Source: Lama guanicoe (Eukaryota). From it: a DNA stretch of 64,000 nucleotides. Shown piece after piece: positions 15,428-29,230 of this stretch (positions are counted from its first letter, which is position 1; each line of letters starts with the position of its first letter). The DNA lies in assembly GCA_013239625.1 (NCBI GenBank), contig MU055362.1, positions 17,827,448-17,891,447 on the forward strand. The letters are read 5' to 3'. The position numbers were made by a program, and so were the translations under genes. The notes beneath the pieces are model-generated. The model had not been told where the DNA came from, searched no databases, and worked only from the letters and a program-made list of their open reading frames with translations.

Positions 15428-15570
15428 NNNNNNNNNNNNNNNNNNNNNNNNNNNNNNNNNNNNNNNNNNNNNNNNNNNNNNNNNNNNNNNNNNNNNNNNN
15501 NNNNNNNNNNNNNNNNNNNNNNNNNNNNNNNNNNNNNNNNNNNNNNNNNNNNNNNNNNNNNNNNNNNNNN
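15428..15570. other. Assembly gap (143 N)
   Basis: N run. Confidence 1.
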
Positions 15571-16267
15571 ATTATCCCATTCCCTCAAATTGATGGTGTC
15601 TTAAGGGTGTTAACTACTTTGGCCAAAAAGAAAAAATATCAGCGAAAGTTCTCTCACAGCTTTGCAATAGAGCAAAAAACCTCTAGAGATTGTGGCATAA
15701 AGGAAGGCAGTCCCTTCCCATTTCATACATGAGTGTTTCTGCAAACTCACGGGAAAGCCCTCCTGCAAGCGTGTGGATGAGACCTGAGGCGGGCCTGGTC
15801 TGAGAGGTCCCTGTTGGTTCACACACACCGCATTTATCCAGTGCCTCTCATCTTGGGGCCTCGTAGAATGTAAAGAAGATGTCAAAGGGAAGTTGCTCTC
15901 GGTGCTAAGGGTTAAGCAAAGACGGGAAGAGATAAAGGAAGCACTTCATAACCAGGTTTTCCTATGGAGGGAATGTGCGTAAGTCTGGGTTGTTTTTGGT
16001 TGAGTTGATAGGGTGTCCTGGTGAATGTAACGTGCAAGGTGTTGTTGGGCGGTAGTCCCAGATGAAAATTCCCATCAAGAGGAGCTGTGCGTGTTAACTT
16101 TCTGGGGATTAGAGAGTTAACTCAAAAGAGTAGTTTCCAGAATCTATTGAGTGTATTTCCCACTGTGTCGACTGGACAAAATAGCCCCTTTTCTTTTGCT
16201 TCTCTCTGTGCTTGGGGGAAGAAGGAAACTGTAATGGTCATGGAATCTCTGAATCTCCATTGCTTAA

Positions 16268-16453
<186 letters not shown>

Positions 16454-16699
16454 AGAAACAACACCCAAACCAGCACCACCAAAGCGGCCCTGTCTCATGT
16501 GTTCCCTGCCTGCACAAACCTGGTTGTAGACATCACAACGAGATGAGAGACTACTGAGGGGCAGAAGAAGGCTGCTCTGGTGAGATGGCTTCTGTTTCAA
16601 TTGGCCCTGCAGGAAGAGAACATCTCTTAAAAAGAAATGGGGGCCTGGGATTAGAGCCCTTTTGGAGGCCAGAGCAAATTAAGGCTTTTATTTGAGAAG

Positions 16700-16705
16700 A
16701 ATAAA
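16700..16705 (+). terminator. GOT1: Candidate proximal GOT1 poly(A) signal
   Basis: AATAAA ~250 nt after the stop, followed by TG/T-rich sequence (gatgttgatgtcttg). Confidence 0.45.
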
Positions 16706-16950
16706 GAGGTACTTTGATCATGAGATGTTGATGTCTTGCCCCCTCGCTAGAAGCTGGAGTCTTGCCCATGTCACTCATGTGCTTCTGTGTGTTCCTTTAC
16801 TCTGTACAAAGTCTAGTCCCAAAGATCAAGTTGTCTAAAGAGCCAAGTGTGATTGTGGGTATTGGCTGTGTCATTAAAACTCGTCATGTTGACCCAGGGC
16901 ATCTGTCTTCCTCTTTCCGCATGGTTGTGTCCCTAGCCCTAAGCTTGAAT

Positions 16951-17181
16951 TCTTTAGGGCGACCAAGGTAAGAAATATATTTATATCTCACCCACACATT
17001 TAACTGAACTGAGAGTTTCACAAAACAGTATTTCTCCTTGCTATGTGTAGTGCATTCTGACACTTTCTATTCTATTCTATTCTGTTATATTTCACTAAAG
17101 AAATAAAAGTGCTGATTGAGACCCATGGACTTGATTTTGTGATCCACTAATGGGTTGTAGCCCCATGGTTTAAAATGAATG
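16951..17181 (+). mobile_element. hAT-Charlie (Charlie4-like) fossil overlapping the GOT1 3' end
   Basis: gtaagaaatatattt...aactgaactgagagtttcacaaaacag...ttctattctattc...gacccatggacttgattttgtgatccactaatgggttg...gtttaaaa resembles the recalled Charlie4 3' terminus. Confidence 0.6.
17102..17107 (+). terminator. GOT1: Distal GOT1 poly(A) signal
   Basis: AATAAA ~650 nt after the stop with downstream T/G-rich tract (ttgattttgtg). Confidence 0.7.
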
Positions 17182-19680
17182 CTATAATGGGATTTACCAG
17201 TTGCCAAAGAAAAACTAAAATGTATTCTTGCAGCACGCCTCCCTTTGGTGAACTCACCATACTACAGCCCTTTGTCAGCTTTGTGGGCTTGTCCTTCAGA
17301 GACCAGCCGTCTTCTTACACTGCTTAAGAAACTGGACTTCACGGATTCATGGAAGGGTTGACACCACTCAGGGTGATGCTAGAACACAGCCCCTCCTGCT
17401 GCAGTCGGAGTACCTCCTAGTCTGTTGAAATAATTAGAGCCGCTTAAACATAGATCACATTTTCCAAGGAGTCCAAGGGATTTTCCAAATGACAAGTTTT
17501 GTAGAACTTGAATCTTACTTAAAACAAGAGGGCTACTACTTGGAGTTTTAAAATAGTGAAAAATAATTCCTTTTATCTGCCCCTTTCTAGGATGCCTCTG
17601 AGTTGTCATAAAATCCTACAGAGTTGAGGGACGATGGGGTCTTAGAAGTCAGCAACTCCAGCCTCTCTCCCCCAGTGACTAGTCTCTTCTGTGTTGTCCC
17701 TGACTCATCACTTTCACTTGGGGTGGGGGTGGGGGGTGGTTCTTCCAATACTTGGTGAAGCACCCCATTCTACAGATGGAGCACCTTCCTTAAAGAGACC
17801 CTCTACCTTGATCCAGAATTCAGTCACCATCTGTCCTGCTCTCCCCCCCCCCCTTAAATCACAGACACAGTCTACTGGCGCTTTTAACTGAAGGTCTTTC
17901 AAATATTTGAGAGCAGCCGTTGTTATTCCTTGTTTTTGCTTTTCCATGTGAAGCCCCTCCCTCCTCCCATCCTTCAGGGTCTCCTCACAGATTTGGTTTC
18001 CAGATCCTTCTCCCAGCCGGATCCCCAGCAGTCCTTCAGAGAACACTGCGCAGGTGTGTGACAGCGTGGTGGATGGGAGCGGAGGTAGAGTGATGTGATG
18101 GCCTCACACTCATTGCTTCTTTACCTTCCACTCAAGTTTTCTATCATTATTTGTTCTCCTTCCTATTTAAAGATGCTCGCCGTTCATAAGGGAAGACGGG
18201 CAAAACAGCCGTCGAATGATTCCGCCTTCTGTCTCCCCAGGCACAGCTTTACACCATGGATTCTCAACAAGGGTGATGGTTCCTCCAAGGGGCAACAATT
18301 GGTTCTTGGGGGCAAAGAAGGTCTAAGATACTAAAATGGCTTGTCTTCCAAAGCACAGTCCTACCTGACAAAATCTTATTTCTGGGTATTTAATTTCTCT
18401 TGTTGGACAGAATTTGAATTTAATTTTTCTCTTCAGGGGGATTGCTAATTAAAACCAGTCAAAAACACTTGCTTAGACCAAAGTATCCCTACCAAAGTGC
18501 TAAAATGTTTTTAGCATTTAAAAAAGCTCCAATCTCAATGGGAACCTGGCTTTCTTAGGTATATTTTGGCCAGTGTTCCCACAGCGTTTTCTACTTTCCC
18601 ACGACTGTTCACATGCAAAGGGGCATCTGGGCAAGTCTGGGAAAAGCTGGGCCTAGCAAGTTAGGCAGGTTTCTTTACTGCAGGACTTCTCAGTGCGTCT
18701 CAGAGGCTGGCGCGCACTGTGAACTTCAGAGGGGGGACTGGTCCATGCTCAAGAGGAAGCACTCAGACCTCAAGGCTCAGCCACTTCCTGGCTGAGGAAC
18801 CTTGGGCAGTTCATCTCCCTGTTCACAGCACATTTCACAGTCTGGAAAACAGACTGGCTGTAAAGCCGCCTTCCCCAGGTGGTTTTGAGAAAGAAATGAA
18901 CTAATAGATATTAGCACAAGACTTGGCACATAAAACCCTCAGCAAAATACTTGTTACTGTCATTTATTATTACTGTTAATGAAGTTAACAGCCTCTCTGG
19001 AGGCTCCTGGGAAGAATTCTAAGTCGTTCGGTGCAGGCCACTAACTGTCCTGTGTGCTAGTTAGAGAAACTGGTAGGTGTCAGAGTCCAACCTTCCACAG
19101 AGACATTAAAGGCCCCAACACCCCTTTCCACCCATCTGGCTGGCCTCTCGCTCCTGCGTTGGTTTGAAACTGACAAACAAACCCTGCCTACCCCTGTATT
19201 CCTTTTCCAGCCTTTAGTTGGAGATCACTGGAATTGGGCCACTTTGGCTCCTCTCCAGAGGGCCTGCAGAAGCGAGCAGTGTGACCAGCACATTATCTCA
19301 GGGGCTGTTCTGGGTCTGGCCCCCGACCTTGAACTTGGAAGGTGCCCTCGCACATCACAGGGGTCCAACGTCATCCTCATGCTCCTTCCTTGTCTTCATT
19401 CACACTCTGGCGTCTCATCTGGGTTTTACTTTCCATTTCTGGCACTCGTACCTGCAAAATCTTACCTACCTGACATCCAAAGCAGAGCACCAGGGCTTTC
19501 CTGTAATCTTCCCTGCAACCTCACACCTGGGCCCGAGAGGTGTGCTGCTTCAGGCAGCTGGGCCTTGGGTGGGACAGTTAACGTGTGCGCCACCTGCCCC
19601 GCATCTCAAATGAAACCACTTCGGAACTCTGAGATGCTAGGGCAAGGAAAACAGCCATGTTCCAGGAAAAGCATTATTAT

Positions 19681-19686
19681 TTTATT
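19681..19686 (-). terminator. CNNM1: CNNM1 poly(A) signal
   Basis: AATAAA on the - strand in an AT-rich block (tgtaaataatttttaAATAAAataat), ~2.3 kb past the stop, with upstream TGTA. Confidence 0.65.
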
Positions 19687-20441
19687 TAAAAATTATTTAC
19701 AATTTTTGAGCCTTCATAAATGCTTTAAATTTCTCTCTTTTTTTAACCTGAAGAAAATCTTAGGTTGGGAAGGGGAATAGGGAGTGGAGTGGTGAAAAGC
19801 TCCTTGGGGATTTTGCAAAGGGATGGATGTAACGCAACAGCAGTGGCCTGAGTCCAATGGCCTAAGGGGTAGGTGAGCCCCTTAAGGAAGGTGAGCCAGG
19901 CCGGCCCCCTTGGGCCAGTGGCCAGCTGGGCAAGAAGACTGCATGATGGCAGTCCTTGCTTAAAACTCACCGTCCACCAGTTTGAGTCTGAGGCACCCAG
20001 CACCGAGGGCTGACACTTTGCCTCTTTCTAAGCAGGCAAGAGTAGGTGTTGGGGGTGGGTGGTAGCTGTGAGTTGTCTAAGAGAAGTCATGCACTGCTGA
20101 GCCTCAGGCAGAGCCAGGCAAGGGATGTGAAGTCAGTAATACACTGCTGAAAAAGGCATCTCCAGCGAGAAAGTCTACTTCCACATGCTGTGCCCCTCCT
20201 GTCTGCAACACCTGCTCTGGTTTGGTGGGGAAGGGGGGCCGAGTTACGTGGGGTGTAGGTTGTATAGTACTCTAGGGTGTGCCATGAATTTCTGATAACT
20301 TCCACTTGGTGGGTGCCAGCTTCCCCCATCGATTTGATGGACACTTGAGAAGACCACTTATAAAATCTGTCTTGAACTACCCAGTATTCACTTCACTCTG
20401 CATTGCAGAAACTTTGGGCTGAATGTTCCACTAGTTAAATT

Positions 20442-20620
20442 AGTGGGTTTTAACACTTTGTGGGTCAGAGACCTTTGAGAATCGCATGAAAGATTTAGCC
20501 CTCTGGAAAACACACATAAGAACACAGACACTAAATTCTGATGAGTTAGGGGTTTCCTAGACCCTCTGAAGTCCAACAATGGACCCCCTGGAGCGATGGA
20601 CCCCAAATTAAGAACCCCTG
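20442..20620 (-). mobile_element. hAT-Charlie MITE in the CNNM1 3'UTR
   Basis: agtgggttttaacac...tgggtcagagacctttgagaatc...gaccccaaattaagaacccctg; similar family to 3990-4133, reverse orientation. Confidence 0.55.
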
Positions 20621-20986
20621 AGTTAAAGGTTCCCGTGGGTAAGCATTTTCCCTTGAGCCGTAACCAGCCCAGAGGAATTAGCAGCCTCCCCGATCCCCAT
20701 GTGATTATTGATTGACTGGATGTGGGGACTTATGGGTAATGGTTTTGGAGGAAGGAGAGGGAAGCCTGGATGGTATGCCTAGAGAAAAGTGAGGGAATGG
20801 TTTGGAGATTCAGCAGGCATCTCTGGATCACTGGATTCCTAATCCAGGGAACCCAAGGGATGGGAGATACATCAGAAAGGGAGACAGGTGTCCCAAAGAC
20901 AACCTTTACCTACTTCCACATTTTCCCTAAGGCTAGCTGTGTGGTTCCAGATCAGAAGTTTACTCAAGTAAGTATGTGCAATCATC

Positions 20987-21000
20987 CTGCCATCTGGTGG
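20987..21000 (-). promoter_or_regulatory. CTCF core motif (reverse)
   Basis: Reverse complement CCACCAGATGGCAG fully matches CCASYAGRKGGCRS. Confidence 0.6.
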
Positions 21001-21996
21001 TTACGCTTGGAATTGCACCTGCCCCAATATCCATGTGAAAAGCCAGGGATCTGCTAAGATTTTGGAATAAAGTACACTGAGTTGACTTGCTGGAATGGAG
21101 TAAGGAGTGGGGTTGGGATGCGGGGAATAGATGAAAAAGAAGAGTGATTCTTCAACGTTCCTGTGTAACACACACTGAAGTCCCGTGAGAGCTTGCATCC
21201 TCCTGGCCAACTTGGGCACTCTTTGGCTTGTCATGGCTATAAACTTTTCCACATAATTTTTTTTTCAACTTAAAACCTGAAGTTCCATCTCTGGCTCCCA
21301 TTTGGGTCTCTCTGCCCCCTGTTCCTCCTCTTCCAGAGCAGATTTATTGATGGATTGATAACTGCTGATTGGGAGCCAAAACAGATACGTCCCTGGGAAA
21401 TACAGTGACCTGAGGTTCCACCTCACGCTCTCTCTGTTCCAGCTGAGACACACCCCCTAGGCTGCTGGAAGCCTTATCTAACAGGAAACTGGTCACTGAC
21501 AGTTTTCTGTACCGTAGCTTCACATGCCAGCATGGCTGAGTCCCACTGCTCGGAAGTTCTGGAGGAATTCTTGGTGCATCTCCTGAACTAACCTTCCCAT
21601 CTGCTGCTCCAGCCTCCTATGTGCCTGTCTGCCAGTGGCACCTTTTGACATAAGCTAAGCATGAATTATGGCACCAGGGGACACCATAGAACAAAAAGAA
21701 CATCAGGGGGCCCAGAGTGGTTTTATCAGCTGGCAGTCATTTCTTCTCCAGTCCCAGACCGTGCTGTGGACAAGACCATTTCTAGCAACGTTCCACTGGA
21801 GGCACCTCCTTCCGTTACGGCCATGGCAAGGCTCTGCGTCAAACTGGAGGCAATGAGGGAAAAACCTGCCAAACTGACAGCTAAGGGTGAAGAGGAAAGC
21901 AGAACACTCTGTCACCTGTGGGAAGCCTTGGGGAGAAGCAGATGATGGGAGGATGAGTTCTCCCCAAAGTGCTGGAATCTCACGCACCCCGGCCTG

Positions 21997-22122
<126 letters not shown>

Positions 22123-22724
22123 TCATGCTCTTGGTGGTCCAAGTGCTCTTCAAAATAGAAGCAGAAATGGGGACAAAGCCCTTGATAGTTTGGCAGGAAG
22201 TAATCTGCGTTGTCTCCTGGTGCTGACATCAGCATATTTGCATCTTGAAGGATTACAATGCACCTTCTACCTGAGATGACAACTCCAAAAATGCCACACA
22301 CCCAGGCTAATGCCAATGGAGTGGCAGTTTCCTGGAGAGGAATGCATGGGGCCCACTTAACGCCTCAGGATAATGCCTCCTCATCCCCTGTAGGCCCGGC
22401 TGGAATGACTGCCAGACACCCTCTGAGAGAGTACTGGTCTCACAGCCTTTGATGTCCCTGAGCCGGGGTGCTAGGAGTAGCTGGGAGCCATCCCCAGGGA
22501 CCTACATTCTCTAGATTGGAAGCAACTTCCCTTCTGCATTGGGGCACGTGGAAGTAATTACATAACTGTTCTCAAGGATGGAAACACAGTCTCTTCCTGA
22601 CTCTGTTGTTTTTAGGGAGGAGTATTTTCCACTTTTTTCTCTCTGCCATTGACTTCCTTCTACGGAGGATACTGCTTTCTGTTTTATGGAGTCTCCTGAA
22701 CACAACTTACTTCTTTAAAGGCCT

Positions 22725-22897
22725 GGAGACTAAATATTATAGGTTTTGCAGGCCATTTGGTCCCTGTTGCAACTAATCAACTGCCGTTGTGGCTGCAGAT
22801 AACAAGGGGGTCGATGACCCAATGAGTCTTTATTTATAAGAACACGCAGGGGAGGGTGGCCAGAATTTGGACTATGGCCATGGTTTGCAGACTCTTG
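22725..22897 (+). mobile_element. MER58-like hAT element
   Basis: aaatattataggttttgcaggccat...gttgcaactaatcaact...ctttatttat...atggtttgcagactcttg. Confidence 0.65.
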
Positions 22898-23100
22898 TCC
22901 TAGATGACCACCAACTGAATGGGACAGATCCCCAGACTATCAAGGGTGCAGCTCTGGTCAAAGCCCTATTATAGACTTCCACGACTGTACCTCATTAGCG
23001 TTCCCCAAAGGAGTCAATGGTTCCTCTTCCAGGAGTAAGATCCTAACATGTTTCTCTTACTAACCAGCTGGTGGGTGGCTTTCGTCTGGGTGAAAAGCTA

Positions 23101-23256
<156 letters not shown>

Positions 23257-24720
23257 CTAGGTAGGCTGTTTTTGGATGATGTTCCTTAGCAGGTGAAAGA
23301 TCAAAACCAGAGCCAAGGCAGTGATGGCTGCGACATGGGAGGGATGCCAAAGCCAAAGGCTCTAATTAGTTACAAGAGGCATCTTAGCACCACAAAAGGA
23401 ACAAAGAGACAGAGAATAAGAGTGGGAATCCAACTCTCCAAACACTGGCAGGAGAGGACAAGAAGATCTCCACTCAGTATCTGCCAGACAAAAAGCATCT
23501 TTGCGGACAGGTTGGCTGGTGTCTCCTTCCTCGACTTGCAGAGATCCTGGAAAATCACAGGGCTCAGAGCTCAATAACAATTACACACATGTCCTCTCTT
23601 CTCCCACCAGATCCAGGGGGGATTTAGGGAGCCACCAAGTTTCAGAGCCGGGAAGGGACCCGGGCTTTTATTGCCAGTGCTTGTGAAGCTCACCGGGGAG
23701 GGAGGCAAAGCAGGTGGTGGACACTGCATGCACCCGAAGCCATGAGGCTGAGCCTGCCTGTAATGCGGTCTGTGACCCTGGCAAGTCACATTCCTTCTCC
23801 AGGCTTGGGGTCCTCACGTGTCAGATGGGAGGATGGACTAGATGATCTCAAAGACTGGCCCATCTCCACCATTTTCATTCATTTGATACAACTTCTTGCT
23901 ACATGCTTTAGCTACAAAAATCAGTATGTGCAGGAGAAAAAGCATCAGTTCTAAATCTGAGTCCTGAAACGGTGATTATGCATGTCCCAGATTTTCTGAG
24001 TTAGCCACAAGTTCAAGCATGTCCCACTGACTTCAAAAATCTACGCACACTTGTCAGGTCATTGCTCTGGACTTGAGGGGTCTCAGATTATGGACTGGGG
24101 CAGGTCCGGAAGGTCAGGTAGGGTGAGTGCTGGCATGGGGGTGGATGTAGGGGGCGGCTGAGTACCTGGGGAAGTCTAGCTCAATGAGGCAAGCACAGAA
24201 GGCTCTCAGGACCAGTGGGACACCGGGAGCTCGGAGCAACACCACTCTCAAGACAAAAGCAGTCAATGTCTCCGAGGGAGGTGATATGATCTCGGACCTC
24301 AGGACAGATCCTACAGATCACTGCTAGTCTCCAGGCCCGAAGGAAGGAGCCCTGTCAGTAAGAGTGATGGCTGACCTCAGTTTTCTAGTCTTTACACTAG
24401 GCCTAATAATAAGGACCTAATGTTTAGAGAGCATGGTACCGAGCACTGTGATGTGCCCTCCTATAGATGTTAGCTCATTTATGCTCAAAGCTACCTCATG
24501 AGCTAGCCACCATGATTTACATCCACTAGCATAAGGAAACGTATTTATTAAGATAAAGAAACCAAGACTTAGGTTAACGTGACCTGCCTCAAGTTGCGCA
24601 GTTCTTAAATGGAGAAGCCAGGTCTGAATCCAGGTGGAAACCTAGTTGACATGGTTCTCACACACTGTCCTGGGGGAATGAGTTAAGGTGGATTTGATGC
24701 ATGGTAGGTGCACAGTGTTA

Positions 24721-25523
<803 letters not shown>

Positions 25524-28500
25524 TTAAGGGACAATGAGGGAACCCTTTGTTTATTTGCCACCAGAGTTCACTCTGTTCATTTTTATCAGTGCACCTTCTG
25601 AGACTCAGGAGAGGATGGAGGGCATCTTCCGTTATAGGTGGCTGTCCAAGGGGAAATTGAAAACACAGGCTTATACTATTGTCAAGGGCCCTCTTCCTAA
25701 GAGTCAGTGGAGACTCAGCAAGAACAAGAGCCCCTGCTTGTGTAGAGGGCTGAAAGAAGAAACAAACATATGAAGAACACAAACTCTGGCAAAGCCACAG
25801 ATGAAGCCAATAGGTATTACTTTTTTTCTGATGCCCTCCATAGTCACGTAGGAATCCATTTGATAAGTCCTTTAAGAAATTACTGCCAGGAAGAAGCGTC
25901 TTTCTCTAGGTGAATTATATACTTCCTTACGTCAGATGAGAAATCAAATCACTAGGTTTCCCTTTTTTGCTTTTATGATCAGGAAGCTCACAAATTTACC
26001 ATTTACTTGCAGTAAAACTCATTTCTGATAGCCTTTTCACCAAACTGATTTGCAATTCCGTTTCCATTTTTTATTGAAAACATCGTTGGATTATTTATTT
26101 GCTTTTGGAAATCACACATAGTCCTGGAAGTGCTACACATATTCCTGAAGAGACGGAACTGACCATTAGGTTTTCAGATGTTGGTGAAAACTCTGGTGCT
26201 AGTGTTACCCAGAAGAGCTTGTTTTTGCAGACGGAGGTTGGAATATGAGGATGGCACCTTCCAGCCACACAGAGCATTATGGCTTACGGAGCACTTAGAA
26301 ATGTGTTACCTCCTTTGTTGGTCACAGTGTCTACATGGGGTAGGCATGAGAAGTCTTTTGACGTCCATTTAACAAACAAGAAAGTGAGGTTCAGAAAGGT
26401 GAGGGACTTGCCTAAGGTTTGACAGTTAGCAAGCCTTCAGAGTCCTAGCCAGGGCACTGTCTCATGTGGTGTGTGTTTTGCCTGGAAAGAGCTATTCATT
26501 ATTTGGGGCCAGGGAGATGGAAGGTGAGGTGAGAATGTGAAAGTCCAAGTTCTCAGCGGGGAAGCTCCACAGATAAATAATGGCACCCCTTGTAATCTGG
26601 ACATTTTGGTTTAAAGGGCCTTTACTCTTGCTCTCCAGGGGAAATCGTCTGAGCCTGGCTCTGCAAACGTCCCTGGCTGCATTAGATTGCCTTTCACATG
26701 CCCAAGGGAGGCTGCCTTTCACAAAACTTTTGGGGAGGTCCCTCAATAGCTGCTGTCATTTTGGGGTCGATAGGCATCAGATGACTAAAGAGAAGCTGAC
26801 ACATATCTGAACCAAGGTCATCACCAAAACCCAATTTTCTAATGTGCCCATGGGTTTTCTGAAGGTGAAGCTTTCTCTGGAGTCTTGCGGGTTCTCCTGG
26901 CTTAAAGGACAGGAAAATTTCCTACATGACACTTGATAAGACCAACCTCAGCCTTGATATTACCTTGTTTGGGTTCTTTTAACTAATTAGTTTAGATTTG
27001 GCTCCCAGTTTGGTTAAAGAACACCAAATGACCCTTCGCTTAGAAAACACGATGTGAACACACTGCCTACTCAAGACAAAGGTTCAAGTCCCAGTTTTGC
27101 CGCTTTCAAGCTGGGCGACCTTGGCCAAATCATTAACCTCTCTGAACCTATAAAACAGGCCCAGAAATAAGGAGATTACATGAGTGAATGTGTTATACAA
27201 GTGTTAGGAATGATTGTTTTAAACACATCTATATCCATCTCTTACAATTTGACTCTATAATGGGCATACATTTCAAAGAACCGAGTCAACCTTACCATCT
27301 CATTCTGTCTATAAATGGTCCACGCACACCAGGAGGTGGGGGTGGGGGAAGAAGCAGTGTCCCCGCTGCTCAGAGGTGTGACTGGAGATGCAGTGAAGGC
27401 AAGCCTAAGTCTTGGGAGAGTAAACCCTTAACCGAGAAAATAAAGCAAAGAGAAAGTAGGGGAAGAAAGGCGATTCTAAGTACGGACATGGAAAAAGGAA
27501 GATGAAGAAGAAAAGAAACAGTGAGTGAAGGAAAGAGAGGAGGAAGGGAGAAAGAAGGGGCTGCGTTCTGATTTGACCTTGAATGGATCTGTAAGCTTTG
27601 GGCTCTGATCAGTTGTTGTGGACCCCAAGCTAGAAGCCTCTTGGAAGTGTTGCCAAGTGCTCTACTTTATTCAATGCATTTATTTATTTCTGGAAAGGTT
27701 CTGTTCAGGTTGTACCTTCAGTGACTACCACTCTCTCTTTGTTCTTAAGAAACAGTGATCTGCCCCTCCACTAACCTGGAATCAGGGATTCAGGAACTCT
27801 AACTCTCTCCTTAAGTGTTGTTATGGAGGAAAGGATGAGCTGGGAGTAAAGTACTACCTCTGGTAGCAATATCTAGTAAATGTATTCCTTCTCTGCAAGG
27901 TACTGAGCTCCCTGTCACTGGAGACATGCACACAGATGGTAAACAACTGCTTGTCAGTGGTGGTTCTCTAAAGAGAAGATTTGGATGGCTACAGTCAGGA
28001 TCATGCATTAAAGGGAGGAAGTATGGTAGTGTGTATGTGTGTGCATGTGTGTGTGTGTAGGGGGGGTGCTGGTCCAGGGACAGGGGTGGGGCAGAGGTTG
28101 GAGGAGGGTCTGTACCACTGGTGGGTGGTTGTGTTTTACTTTTCCCACCTTTGTGATTGCATACCTTCTCCATGTGTCTCACAGCCTTGCATTCCTACTG
28201 CCTCCTCTTTTCAAGTTAAAAAAAAAATCACAAACTAATACCATGTCAATGTGTCACCTTAAAAGAAATGGCTGAGAAGGCACCACTCTGGAAAATGTAT
28301 TCAGGGAAACAACCTCTCCCCAGCTGTATTTCCAGATTCAAGCATCACTTTTTGTCAGTTCCCTCCCCTTGTTCACCTAGGAAGACTTTTCTACGCAGCA
28401 ACTACTGTCCAAGAAAAACATACTGGCTACTGTATCGGACAGCAACAGTCTGGGAGATTACATAAATGGCTCTGCCCAGTTTTGATAATCCAGCCTTGCA

Positions 28501-29216
28501 TCGCCATAGTGTGCCCACTGCTTGCCAACAAAGAAACACTGGTCTAGCTCAGCTCCTCCGCCATGTTCCTTGAATGTACCACATTTACTTGCCCTCCATA
28601 GCTCTATTTATCACATCCTCCCCTCATGCCATTACCTTCACCCTTCTCTTATTCTTTTCTAATTCTTAAAGGTCCAGTACGTTCTCCAGCCAATATAGTG
28701 CTTAAAAACAAAGTGCCATACAATTTTGTAATCAATTATATACAACCCTGCATCGGTCACTCATTTGATTTACGTTTCTTCTCCCCAGTTATATTTCTTG
28801 AGGATGGCTCATGGTGCCTAGAACCATCATTACTGCTCGACAAACACTTACTGATTGGCATTGAGGGAATCAAACCACTGCTCAAAAGACATGTTCTTAT
28901 GCTCTGTTCATTACTGTAGATACAACTATTTCTTTGCAGTAGCTTGAGTTCAGGTTGTTTCTTCCTTTATACTCTGACCAGCTAAGAATTCAAGCATCCT
29001 CTAAATTACAGAGGAAATGGATATCTGTTTACCTTGAAACTGACAGAAGTTAAGAGTACTCTTTGGGACATTTTGACTTAGCAGCCAATGTGTCCAGAAG
29101 TTAACCGTTCAGCCAGTGCTATGTCTCCAATCATTTTATGATATTCTGCATACATTTTAAATTTTCAGGTGGTTTATTCATCCCTCAAAACACGGTTCTG
29201 TAATTTAGAGATTCTG

Positions 29217-29230
29217 CCACCAGATGGTGG
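29217..29230 (+). promoter_or_regulatory. CTCF-like motif (forward)
   Basis: CCACCAGATGGTGG, one mismatch (C to T) to the core. Confidence 0.4.

Noticed and set aside
18963-18968. Alternative CNNM1 poly(A) signal
   Set aside because: It lies in the AT-rich tail of a MIR-like remnant; the 19681 site has better context.
19218-19780. 131-aa and 178-aa intergenic ORFs (also 59310-59810 and the 38663-39321 ORFs)
   Set aside because: No recognisable domains or supporting exon structure, several overlap decayed repeats, and the lengths fit chance ORFs in 64 kb.
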